Source: Octopus sinensis (Eukaryota). Taken from it: a stretch of 34,975 nt of DNA. Location: the NCBI RefSeq assembly GCF_006345805.1, contig NW_021828085.1, positions 1 through 34,975 on the forward strand, in the 5' to 3' direction. The notes beneath the pieces were generated by a model. It saw nothing but the letters and a program-made list of their open reading frames with translations. It had not been told where the DNA came from and ran no database searches. Below are positions 23,107 through 34,975 of the stretch, one piece after another (the first letter of the stretch is position 1; each line of letters begins with the position of its first letter). Both the position numbers and the translations under genes were made by a program.

Positions 23107-23722
23107 TGTGTGTGTATCTATCTATGTATATATATATATGTTTTTACACATACATATACACATATAAACAGATGCACTCACATGTGTGTGTAGGCGTTAA
23201 AACACATATCCACCTTTCTCTCGACCGTTCTTTCTCTTTCTTTTCTCTCTTTCCCTTATCCTCTCTTTGCCTTCTCTCTCTCTCTCTCTATTCTTTAAAT
23301 CTTTCATTCTTTCTCTATCTGTATTTAAATCAGAGCCATATTATGCATGTGCATGCAGAAAAGTGTGTGCAACACACACACAAACACACAAAAGGAAAGA
23401 GAGAAAAAGAAAGATAGTGACAGGGTCAGAGACAGACCCGTTGTTTATTGAAATTGTTCTGTATTTCAGAAGGGTCACATTTCAACGTTTACTTTACTCA
23501 TGCCTCCCAATAACCGCTCGAATTAGGACTCTGAATACAAAGACCCCACACGCACACACACACGCACACACACGCACACACACACACACACACACGCACA
23601 CACACACGCACACACACACATACACACAAACAAGCAAACGAGCAAACAAACAAACACACAAACGGACACAACATATACACACATACATTTATATATACGT
23701 TTATACGCACTCTCTCTTCTCT

Positions 23723-23764
<42 letters not shown>

Positions 23765-24167
23765 ACACACACACACACACGCGCATACACGCAGAGTGAA
23801 CCCCAACAGTTTCTTGATGCATGGTCACATGATTCATCACAGAATATTTAGGGGTTGATCAGAAAATGAAAGATGCTTTCTTTATTTATTTTAGTTTTCT
23901 GTAAAATGCAGTTTTTTTTAGTCTGTTTTGATCGATGAGAATATAATACAGTCTGTATTTCAATACGAGCCAACTGTATGTAAAAATGTGACTATATACA
24001 CACATACATATAATAAACATGAATTTAAAAAATGTATGTATGCAAAGAATATTATTCTTATATATATGTATATGTATCTATATGAACAATCTTATATATA
24101 TGTATACATGTATACGAATATATATTTTTATATGCATATATATATATAATACCTATATATGTATGTA

Positions 24168-24213
<46 letters not shown>

Positions 24214-25309
24214 CTGCGTAGATAAATGACCACATACAAACAGACACACATGCACGCAAAACAGAAAAAAAGATTCACGCGTTCAATTCCAGTAAGTGGG
24301 TAGGGAAATAAATTGAGAAGATTTTGATATGTCCTGCCATCGATTCCTCATCCATCCGCCATCACCTCCACATTCAACACACTAACGAACTCCAATTCTA
24401 CATTTATACATGCGTGTATACACGTATGCATGTATGTATATTTATATGAACATTAAATGTATATGAGCATATATATTTAGATGTACATACACATATATGT
24501 ATGTATGTGTATATACATACTATATATACATATATATAATGAAATGTATACAAATATAGAAATGCAATTCTACAGGGCACCATGTAGAATTTTAGAGGAG
24601 TTTTTATCAAAAAGGACATTATTTCCTTTAGGAGGAATTATATGTAAATCACCGTAGTTTAATATTTTATAATGTATGTATAAATAAGAAAAAAACTTCT
24701 ACACTGGAACATATGTAGATAAATGAACGTATATGTGCACGTGTGTATGTGTGAGTGTGTGTACTGTCACGGATTGATGACTGAAGCAAAGGAAAAATTT
24801 TCTTTAAAAAGCGACTATGTATGTAAGTACATGTGTATATGTGTATGTGTATATACGTATGGGCGTGTGACAGAGAAAGAAAGTCATGTAGACAGTCTGA
24901 GAATTAGGTGCGGTAAATATATGATGAGGAACATATCAATCTATTCACCATTATCCATTTTAAAGTTCACGAGTGATACCTGGTATCATGAAAGGATATA
25001 ACTATTTATGCGTGCACGTATACATACACGCACACATACACACACACATACAACACATACACACAAACACTCACATACACATTCATATATATTAATGCAT
25101 ACACAAGGACATATATATATATGTATATACATGCATATGTATATAAATATGTATAAATATATACGTGTGTGTGTCTACACACGAGTATATACTTAAATAT
25201 TCAGATGCTAATGAAGGAATTTGAGGCACATTATCTCTCTTCACTTCCGCTTCCCTACACATAAATGCACATATTCATATGCATATATATACATGCATAA
25301 TTATATAAT

Positions 25310-25340
<31 letters not shown>

Positions 25341-25409
25341 GTAAATATATTTGTATATATACACACAATCATATGCACATATATGCATACATGATTATAT
25401 TTATATATG

Positions 25410-25443
<34 letters not shown>

Positions 25444-26009
25444 CTCGATAGATAGATAGATATACATATATACATATATATACACTTACATACCTGAGTA
25501 TATGTATGCATGATGGTGTGTACATGGAGAGAGAGAGTGCGCGCGCGCGAGAGAGAGAGAGAGAGAGATGTATTTTTGTATATACATTACACCTCCGTAT
25601 ACGTAAACCTATCACCTCCTCAGTGAGTCTGTCATTTTCATATTTATTTATTCAGCCTTTGTATGATACTTTTCTCCAATACTGACAGTGACGTGAACGT
25701 TGTAAACCTCTGCGTTTAACCGGACATGACCGACGATGACCGAAGACAAACATTAGTCATAGTGTAGGCTTCTACAGTCACAACATCTGCTCATCAAACA
25801 TTGTTCGCATCTATTCTACATTTTTTAATTGAGATGTATTATGTACGGATTTTATCGGACGCCATTTTGAAAATTATATAGCAGAATATAGCAGCTTTCC
25901 TTTGATCATGCTTTTGGTTTGCCTAATCTTTTTCGTTTTTGTTTTTAAATTTTGTTTTATATTTTGTCTTTTAGGCAGCGGAGGAAGGGCAGCGCTTATA
26001 ATTCTTTTC

Positions 26010-26285
26010 AATAGTTCTTGAGTATGTTGGGAGGGAGAAAAGAAATGTTCTTCAGATCATGTCCGACATCTTGCAACAGATTTGTTTCCGCTAAAGCCAC
26101 GCGTAAGCTAGGTACAGTGTTAAACATGGCGATGGAATTTTGTCTTCTTCTTTTAGTGGTCATGGATTTTATGGGTGTCTTTAGCTGTCCGAGGAAGACC
26201 CAGTGTCTTGGTGCTCAAGTTTTTACTGTGGCAACCCAGCGAGTTGTAGGTTATTCTACCTTTAACTTTACCATTTAAGGAACCA
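26010..26285 (-). pseudogene. Possible decayed pogo/Tigger-like transposase fragment
   Basis: Broken minus frames give GKVKGRIT and LKNISFLPPN, resembling the pogo K.RIT and FLPPNTT motifs; weak. Confidence 0.3.
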
Positions 26286-26317
26286 CTGAAAGTGTCGTGG
26301 ATGTTGTTTTCCTTAGT

Positions 26318-26506
26318 ATCTTTTATCTTGTACTTGTTTTAGTCATTAGACTGCAGCCATGCTGGAGTATCATCTTGAAGTTGAATGAATCTAGCTGTCA
26401 CTTTTGCCGAAACGCTACATTACGAGAATGTAAACACAACAATACCGGTTGTCAAGCGTTGATGGGAGACAACACACAAAACACACACACACCACACACA
26501 CATCTG

Positions 26507-26525
<19 letters not shown>
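26318..26525 (-). mobile_element. SINE family C, 3' half, diverged
   Basis: gtcattagactgcagccatgctggag...ccggttgtcaagc. Confidence 0.75.
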
Positions 26526-26538
<13 letters not shown>

Positions 26539-26647
26539 ATATATATATATATATAATATATATATATATATATTATATAATATATATATTATTATTATAT
26601 AATATATATATATATAATATAACATATTATGAATGTACACACACGTG

Positions 26648-26802
26648 GAACCCCAGTACTTGACTAGTAGTTAATTTATTCATCCTGAAAGTGTTGAAAG
26701 ACAAGTCGACTTCAGCAGAATTTGAACTTAGAATGAAAATATGGACGAAAAATACCGCAAATCATTGGCCCCCCAGCTAATGATTATGTCGGCACGTCGT
26801 CT
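26648..26802 (-). mobile_element. SINE family A, old copy
   Basis: ccccagtact...aagtcgac...gaatttgaact. Confidence 0.7.
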
Positions 26803-26990
26803 AATAATAATAATAATAATTAATAAGAATAATAATAAAATAATAATAACATAATAACTAATAATAATAATAATAATAATAAATAAGAAAGAATAAGAAG
26901 AAGACAAGAAGAAGAAGAAGAAGAGAGAGAGAAGAGGAAGAGAAAGAAAAGAAGAAGAAAAAGAAGAAGAAGAAGAAGAAGAAGAAGAGT
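26803..26990. repeat. (TAA)n-(GAA)n compound microsatellite
   Basis: Direct reading. Confidence 0.93.
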
Positions 26991-27001
26991 AAAAACCAGA
27001 A

Positions 27002-27275
27002 AAAGAACAGAAATTATCTAACTAGCAGGAGAATGCGTTGCATGGTAGATTCCCACAGATAGTTTCAAAAAATAGTTGCAGTGAGACATGGTTATGGTTT
27101 CAGCAAGCAAAGTTGAAGAAGGAGGCCGAAAATTTGTTAGAAGCTGCACGAGATCGAGCACTAAGGACTAATAGGGTAAAAGCCAAGTAGATTCCCAATG
27201 TTAATTATGCAGATCAAAAGAGGAAAGCGTTACTCACATAGTATGTGAATTTCATATACTGGCACAGAAAGAATG
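27002..27275 (+). pseudogene. Older R4/Dong-like (RLE) non-LTR fragment
   Basis: LHGRF...WLWFQQAKLKKEAENLLEAARDRALRTN, then after a frameshift C*LCRSKEESVTHIVCEFHILAQKE (CCHC region). Confidence 0.8.
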
Positions 27276-27284
27276 TTTGCAAAT

Positions 27285-28089
27285 TATGTGAACGCCAAGA
27301 CAGATACAAAGGAGCGGTGACTATGGATGAGGAGGAGTGATCTGAAGAAAGAGACAGAAGCACTTGTATGCGCAGCTCAGGAGCAAGCGTTAAGGACTAA
27401 CTATATGAATTGCAGAATAGACAACACTACTGTTAGCGATAAATGCAGAATGTGTGGTGAGCGGGGTGAAACAGTATGGCACATCGTTAGCGAATACCCG
27501 AAAATTGTAACAATGCGAATACAAAAGAAGCCATGACAATGTGGCAAGAATGATCCATTGGGAGCTCTGTGCAAATCCCGCCCTACAAAGAGCAAAGACG
27601 TGGTATGAGCAAACTCCAGAAGGAGTCACCGAAAATAAGAATTGCAAAATCCTGTGGGATACAACGATCCAGTGCGATTATCCGACCAGACATCGGAAAC
27701 CGGACTTTGTTGTGGTGAATATAAACGAAAGAACATGTATGATAATCGACATAGGTGGCAGCAGGATCAGTGTCAAAGAAGAGAAAAAAGTGAATAATTA
27801 TAACGATTTGAAGTGAGAAATACGAAGGTTGTGGTCAATGAAGAGAGTTAGGCGTGATACCAATAGTAATTGGTGCACTTGGAAGTATCAACACTCAACA
27901 ACCAAAATGGGTGAAAAAAATTTGGGGCAAGTGTGAAGGTAGAACATCTTCAAAGATCAATGTTGTTTGGAACTGCAAGAATTCTTCGCAGTTCTTGAAG
28001 CATGACCGATAAGCAAGTGCCACCTTAGTCTGCTGGCTGTGGACAGCAAACGCTTTCATCATACCCAGCAAAATAAGCTGAGGTTTCAT
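27285..28089 (+). mobile_element. 5'-truncated R4/Dong-like non-LTR retrotransposon (zinc knuckle + restriction-like endonuclease), frameshifted
   Basis: LKKETEALVCAAQEQALRTN, CRMC...ETVWHIVS, HDNVARMIHWELC, KILWD...RKPDFVV...IIDI, KEEKKVNNY, GTARILR; short 3' UTR ending in (TAA)n. Confidence 0.88.
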
Positions 28090-28312
28090 ATAATAATAAC
28101 ATAATAATAATATAAGTAATAATAATAATAAAAGAATAAGAGAAGAAGAGAAGAAGAAGAAGAAGAAGAAGAAGAAGAAGAAGAAGAAGAAGAAGAAGAA
28201 GAAGAAGAAGAAGAAGAGAGAAGAAGAAGAAGAAGAAGAAGAAGAAGAAGAAGAAGAAGAAGAAGAAGAAGAAGAAGAAGAAGAAGAACAGCAACAACAA
28301 CAACAACAACGA
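28090..28312. repeat. (TAA)n-(GAA)n-(CAA)n compound microsatellite
   Basis: Direct reading. Confidence 0.95.
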
Positions 28313-28653
28313 TAATCTTTCTAAAATATATCAATATTTGCCTGTCCTAACGAGAAAAACTAATATCTAATAGCAAATGTTATTTTCAGATGAAAAAAAC
28401 AGATAGTGTTGGTTGAATAATTTGTAGAACTTAAATATTTATATCGGAAAAATAACAATGTTCATAGTTAGCGGGAAATATGAGTTTCGCCAGTAAATGA
28501 CTTCACAGTAGTTTTGACAGTCAATTAGTAACATTTTGTATTGTTGTGCGTTTCCACTAATATCATCGCCACCACAACTACAAACACAGTCACTACGCCT
28601 ACCACCGCCACTGCCACCATCTATGCTCACATCATAATAGTAGTCCCCACTTC

Positions 28654-28722
<69 letters not shown>

Positions 28723-28840
28723 ATGCATATATATATATGTTACATATGTGACTATATATGTTATATGCATATACAAATATGTACGTATGTATGTGCGTGC
28801 GAGTGTGTGTGCGTGTGTACGTACGTACATACATGCATAC

Positions 28841-28877
<37 letters not shown>

Positions 28878-29099
28878 CATACATGCACAAACATATATAT
28901 ACGTATATATATTTATATATGTGTATATACATATGCTTATATATACATGCACAAATATGTGTGTGCGTGTGTGTGTGTGTGTGTGTGTACTGTTGACTAT
29001 GACGTTTGCAAACATTAATCATTCTGCTCTCATCAATCATAGCCTTCTAATCATTAATGATTCGTTAGTCACGGTTGTGGCGGTGAGGTATTGGTTTCC

Positions 29100-29480
29100 G
29101 TGGCAGTGAGTGTGGTGCTAATTGCGATGGTGATGGTGAAAGCAATGGCGTCAGTGGTTAAGGTGGTAGCGATGGTAGTGGTGGTGGCCATGGTGGTGAC
29201 GGTGGTTTTGTTGTCGTAGAAGTGATAGTGGTGGTGGTGGTGGTGGTGGTTATGATTATGGTGGTGATCGTAATGATGGCATTGTGGTGTTAGTATTGGT
29301 AGTTGTGGCGACGCTGGTTGTGCTGGTGGCTGTGGTGATTGTGATGACGATGGCAGTGTTGTTGTGGTAGTGGTGTTGTGGTGGCAATTGTGGTGGTGAT
29401 GGTGGTGATGGTGGTAGTGGTGGTGAACGTGGTGGCGGTGATTGCAGTATTAGTATTGTTGACGGTGGTGGCGAGATTGA
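29100..29480. repeat. Degenerate (GGT)n low-complexity tract
   Basis: Direct reading. Confidence 0.88.
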
Positions 29481-30032
29481 TGTCATTGATGGTCTTTCTG
29501 TCAAATGATAGAGATTGTGTTGTTTAACCCTAGACGCTCTGAAAGATCAGCTCTAAGATTAAGGCATTTCCTTTTATGACCACCTCATCTTATTTTAACA
29601 CATATCTATAACATTCCATAGGCTGGAAATAAAGCGATTTTTACCATCTATTTCTAACAGGTCGAGCAACTCTGTATAAGTTCAGTCATTGGCTGAGCTT
29701 ATACGTGAACCTGGTGGTGATGATGGTGATGGTGAATGTGCAGTATTAGGCTGAAATAGTTTATAAGTGTATTATACTTAATGCAAACACATCGCGGAAA
29801 GTCAATTTAACAGCGGTATTCGTCTGGAGATAGTTTTTCTTATGGACAGTCAGGGTTTAAAAATGCAAATATACCAATAGTACTCGAAATCGTTCAGCAG
29901 CGTAAAGAATCATCGTCGAGTGGCGACGAAATTTGGCTGTGAGTATACGCTACTGACGTTGGACAAAAAGGCAAAAGTTTGCATTGTTCATTCTCACCGT
30001 CTCTGTCGGATTAATTTCTTCTGCTGCTAATA

Positions 30033-30792
30033 TACTAGGTGTTCGGGCTAAATTTGACAGTTTTCATAAAAGAAAAGGAAAATGCAACATCCCATCCAAA
30101 AAGGAAAGTATTTTAAAAATTAAAATAAATCTACCAACTGGGTTATGACTGGGAGATAACAGTATACTCAAAGTAGCCGCCCTCAGCTTCCACCAGACTC
30201 AAGATGGCTCCGGAATCTGGTGCATGTATCCTTCACCGTATCCCTAGGAAAATCTAACACCTCCTTGATCTTACCCACCAGCAAGGCCTTGGTGTTGCAG
30301 GCAGAACGGTTGGTGTCTTTCTCAACCGCGCTCTACACATTGTGAGGAGGCCGGAAATTGAAGCTAGCGAATTCATAGAAATTCTCCGACAACCACTTGT
30401 GACTCTTCCCGGCGATCTTGCAAGGAACCGAATCCGGCTACCACGCATACGGCCTCCAATCAAACAACCCTCTCCCGGCAAGGGATAACCACAGTCTCCA
30501 GCAGCTTCATATAACCGCCTGGATTGAGCTCTGTTCAAAGATGTGAGCACGGCATGACGTCACCTTCACTGGTGACACACCCAAAGACCATCACAATCTG
30601 GGAGAACATGGTTTTCATGATATGTGGAACATCCCATAGATTGTAGGCAAGCCACCTATTCTGTTGTTCGCAAAATTTCTTTTCATCTGTGAGGAACCAT
30701 ATCATCCTCGGCTCATTCTATGTAGCTGTCATAATTTGTCTCTTGCACCTCTTGTATTAGTAGTAGTGAAGATCCTCATTCAGAGCCATCTT
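30033..30792 (-). mobile_element. Decayed Tc1/mariner-superfamily element, maT (DD37D)-like transposase pseudogene
   Basis: Minus-strand motifs across broken frames: EDLHY.YKR, WFLTDEK, NRWLA, VMVFGCVTSEGDVMP, YAW.PDSVPC, KWLSENF, CTRFRSHLE...EAEGGYFE; possible TIR at 30033. Confidence 0.8.
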
Positions 30793-30794
30793 CA

Positions 30795-31325
30795 TTGTGG
30801 TGGTGGTGGTGGTGGTGGAGGTGGAGGTGGTGGTGGTGGTGGTGGTGGTGGTCCTGGTAGTGGTGGTGCTGGTGGTGGTGGTGGTTGTGGTGGTGGTGGT
30901 TGGTGGTGGTGGTTGTGGTGGTGGTGGTGGTGGTTGTGGTGGTGGTGATTGTGGTGGTGGTGGTTAGGTTGTGGTGGTGGTGGTGATTGTGGTGGTGGTT
31001 GTGGTGGTGGTGGTGATGGTGGTGGTGGTGGTGGTGGTTGTGGTGGTGGTGGTGATGGTGGTGGTGGTGGTGGTGGTGGTGGTGGTGGTGGTGATAATGG
31101 TGTATATGATAGGTGGTAGATGACGATGATCATGGCGTTAAGATTTGCTGTTGCTGTCTTTCCGACTGTTGCTTCAGATGTTTGATGATGAAGATGACGA
31201 CGACGACGATGATGATGATCATCATCATCATGACGATGACAACGACAATGGTAGTGGTGGCGGTGAGTGGTTGTTACTGTTGTTTTTTGTGGTGGTGTTG
31301 GTGGTGATGCTGATGCTGATGGTAG
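30795..31325. repeat. (GGT)n array grading into (GAT)/(GAC)
   Basis: Direct reading. Confidence 0.95.
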
Positions 31326-31435
31326 CAATTCATTTATTCGTTCATACTGCCAAGGAAAAACACAACCCAGTACTTTATACAGAGTAAAATTTTATTCAGA
31401 TATTAGAAACACAGAGTAGGTCACAATGATAGATA

Positions 31436-31668
31436 TATTTTAATTACTACCCACAAGGGGCTAAACACAGAGAGGACAAACAAGGACAGACAAAGGGATT
31501 AAGTCGCTTAAATCGACCCCAGTGCGTAACTGGTACTTAATTTATCGACCCCGAAAGGATGAAAGGCAAAGTCGACCTCGTCGGAATTTGAACTCAGAAC
31601 GCAACGGCAGACGAAATACGGCAACGCATTTCGCCCGGTGTGCTAACGATTCTGCCAGCTTGCCGCCT
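31436..31668 (-). mobile_element. SINE family A monomer
   Basis: 10-bp TSD atgatagata at 31426-31435 and 31669-31678. Confidence 0.93.
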
Positions 31669-31822
31669 ATGATAGATAGTTTCATCTTCCGATTAATCAG
31701 GACGCAATCTCGTTCGGAGCAGTTTTGTCAATTTATAAGAAATTCATAACTGGGAAAAATGTGAAATAGGTCATAATTCAGCTAAAAGGGGTTTGTTTTG
31801 GCATATTGTTGTTGATTTAGAT

Positions 31823-33420
31823 TTAATGAGCTGTTACTGCGCATGAGGAGCTTTTTGATGTTTTTCTATTTACAAATAGGTATTTAGTAATGAGTAAGGA
31901 GTACACAGATGTTCCGATGAGAATATCTCCCCTTCTCAAGGGAAGCTGGTCGAAATTGTCATTTGGTGATGATAATATATCTTCTTGAGGCGAAGATAAT
32001 TTTAATAAATGAAGAATAAATGATAAATGGTATTTGATATACCTGCATTTGTCTATACCGTTCATATACATGTCACTGGGCACTGTGAGTTATTTCTTTA
32101 AGCTATTCCTGTTCTTTGGCAACTGGAGATTAGATTGGAGAATTGTCGTGCTGATGACACATGTTGAGGTAGAAACACATGTACATGAATGTTTTTTTTA
32201 ATTTCTAGACAATAAGCCTGTCGTTTTTTTCTTTAATAGCATCTAAATTCTGGAGAATACCTAATTCTTGAGATCATATCCAGTTCTCCTGTACAGTTGG
32301 TCTTAATTACTATTTGGTAATAGTAACACATCCTCCGGGGGGGGGGGGATAAATTTTAGAAATCTGGATTTTTTGTTGTGGGGTAATTGATACAGTTTTA
32401 TTTGCCCATGTTATTCATATACATACCACTGGGAACTCTTACCTCATTTTGTTTAATATATATATCTCCATTTGGTAATATGACAAACCCTAGAGGTAGC
32501 GATAATCTTAATAAATCAAAAATTTATGTTGTATGGTACTTGATATGCCTGTATTTGTCTATAATGTTCAAATACATGTCACTGTCTACGCTGAGTTATT
32601 CTTTTTAATCTATTTTCTTTAAAATATATAAAAGTAGGCAGATAAACAGAGAAACAAAAGGAGAATCATTAAACAGACATACAAAAGATAGCCAAATACA
32701 GTCCCACGAGACACATGGACCGGGTGTTTTACAAGGAGCTGATGCAGTACGAACAACCAACCTCCTGCTCCCTAATTCGTTATAATGGATAACAAATCTC
32801 TCAAAAGTTGAGTCAACAGAGGATGATGCGCAGGCATCCGATATACTAAAAATAGTAACCAAATATTTTTGGCAAGATATGCTACAACTTAAAAAACATG
32901 AACACATGGGTGCACTGGCAGTGGGTATAAAAAAGATATTTAACACCTTCGGGTGCAGTCGGACGAGGAAAAACCTTCTGCTGTCGAGAAAATCCCGGGG
33001 AAAATTTTTCCTCTTAGATATGTGCAAAAACACACGAAGGGCTGTGAATGACATCATTGAATTGTAAACCAAATCTGTCATCCACAGTCCATTTCGTGCT
33101 TCCAACAGGTGTTAGGTTCTTTATATCAACCTAACCTGAAACATATCTGGTCGGCAAAAGACAAACATATACAGATATATATATAATCAAAATAAGCAAC
33201 AAGGATATCCAAGGTAGTGTAGTACAATTGTTTCATGCTACTTCATTTTATTAAACAATGTAAGTATTACATCAGTTTTAAAATGTAGAGCAATCTTCAG
33301 CCACATATAGGATTTTTATTTAAATAGACAATGTACATTTTTATACTTATTCCATTTGCCAACATTACAGAGGGTAGATATATAGACAGAGAGGTAAATT
33401 TCATCATTAAGAACATGGTA
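31823..33420 (-). mobile_element. Possible rearranged Penelope-like retroelement remnant
   Basis: Minus-strand SVDSDMYLNI...IFDLLRLSL...NGDIYIKQ resembles Penelope RT motifs 3-4; the segment is duplicated; decayed CTGAAGA motif plus AATAAA near 33245-33305. Confidence 0.4.
32146..32188 (+). ncRNA. Minimal type I hammerhead motif
   Basis: tcgtg-CTGATGA-c-ac(atgttgag)gt-a-GAAAC(acat)GTA-catga; stem II weak. Confidence 0.55.
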
Positions 33421-33495
33421 GTAAAAGGTCCTTCCCCATGGGCAGATTTTTATTCACTATACATACATACATACGTATACATATATATATATATA

Positions 33496-33526
<31 letters not shown>

Positions 33527-33527
33527 T

Positions 33528-33936
33528 CTTTCTTTTTTTTTTCTTTTATTGTTTCAGTGATTTGACTGCGGCCATGCTGGAGCACCGCCTTTAATCGAGC
33601 AGCTCGACCCCGTGACTTATTCTTTGTAAGCCCAGTACTTATTCTATCGGTCTCTTTTTGCCGAACTGCTAAGTGACAGGGACATACACACACCAGCATC
33701 GGTTGTCAAACAATGAGGGGGACAAACAACACACACACAAACACCACAACATACATATATATATCACAATATACGACGGGCTTCTTTCAGTTTCCGTCTA
33801 CCAAATCCACTCACAAGGCTTTGGTCGGCCCGAGGCTATAGTAGAAGACACTTGCCCAAGGTGGCACGCAGTGGGACTGAACCCGGAACCATGTGGTCGG
33901 TAGACAAGCTACTTACCACACAGCCACTCCTGCACC
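33528..33936 (-). mobile_element. SINE family C, full-length
   Basis: Reverse complement of 1157-1626, including the head ggtgcaggagtggctgtgtgg. Confidence 0.93.
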
Positions 33937-33937
33937 T

Positions 33938-33987
<50 letters not shown>

Positions 33988-34375
33988 GTGTGTGTGTATG
34001 TATGTATGTATGTACGAGTGGGTGGACAAAAGAAAGAAGGAGGCATTCAACACATGTAGTAGGAGTTACAATTTACAACAGCATGAGGCTGAATAAAACT
34101 GTGTGTGTATGTATGTATGCATGTGTGTGTGTGTGTGTGCGTGCGCGTGTGTGAGTTTGTGTATTTAGGTCACGTGGGCAGCTGACGAATTTGTCCAAAC
34201 AAAGTCTTTTTAGCGAATATTTATTTACATGCTGTCATTTATAGCTTTATCATCATCGAGTTCCACCATTAAAGACTATATATTTATACATACATGCATA
34301 CATACATATTTATATACATATGTGTGCATTATACAAACAACCAGCACACACACACACTCTCTCTCACACACACAA

Positions 34376-34413
<38 letters not shown>

Positions 34414-34885
34414 GCATATACACACACATATATATATGTGAGTGTGCTTGTGTGTGTGCGTCTATGTTTGTGTGTAGGATATATGTATGACATGTCTGTT
34501 TATCTCTATGTGTGTATGTGTGCATACACACACAGACACACACACACACAAATATATATATAGGGAAGTCAAAGTGTGTACAGAGAGAGAGAGAGAGGAG
34601 AGGGTGAGGAGGAGGAAGAAAGAAATTGTTAATGCAAACTCTTAGTGATGTTAGGGATTAAACAATGTATCCCAAATTGTGTTTCATCTCTATAAAGAGG
34701 AACACTTCACGAGATAAAAGACATCGTCAGTATTTTTGGTGGAAAAGCACGGCGTAAGAACATTGATGAAAGGAAGAAAGAAGCCTTGGAATCGAATCAT
34801 CAGACAAAATGCAAAGAATACAGCCTTGGGCTATGCAAGTCCAGGTATTCGCCAAAAGTTGCTGAAAATGTCGACAGCGTTATTT

Positions 34886-34975
34886 TATTTCTTCTTCTTC
34901 TTCTTATTTTCTTCTTCTTTTCTTCTTCTTATTTTCTTCTTCTTCTTCTTCTTCTTATTTTCTTCTTCTTCTTCT
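34886..34975. repeat. (CTT)n microsatellite
   Basis: Direct reading. Confidence 0.95.

Noticed and set aside
25960-26020. Strong-looking splice acceptor ttttgtcttttag
   Set aside because: All three downstream frames stop within ~45 nt and no donor is evident.
30664-31387. Poly-Pro/Gly/His/Asp ORFs
   Set aside because: (GGT)n and (GAT)n artefacts.
32605-33105. 166-aa ORF
   Set aside because: No recognisable domain; lies in a decayed repeat-like region.
34650-34735. Minus-strand CTGACGA...GAAAC
   Set aside because: Stem II is plausible but stems I and III are poorly paired.

Overview
AT-rich, repeat-saturated eukaryotic non-coding DNA (intronic or intergenic). The SINE repertoire and microsatellite load suggest an octopus/coleoid cephalopod (inference, not database-checked). 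No host exon can be supported, and nearly all listed ORFs are microsatellite or SINE artefacts. The window holds: (i) at least four tRNA-head SINE families (about 20 copies or fragments, several with target-site duplications, TSDs); (ii) five pieces of a non-autonomous Helitron family (A|TC...hairpin-CTAG|T); (iii) decayed retrotransposons: an RTE-like 3' end, two tandem R4/Dong-like fragments in TAA arrays, and probable Penelope-like remnants; (iv) decayed Tc1/mariner elements: a TA-flanked Tc1 with both TIRs and a maT-like copy. The most interesting signal is six hammerhead-ribozyme-like motifs. One has a compensatory G3-C8 core swap (8798-8848). Another has its three strands in a non-circularly permuted, pseudoknot-requiring order (17400-17475). 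All folds were read by eye and are untested.
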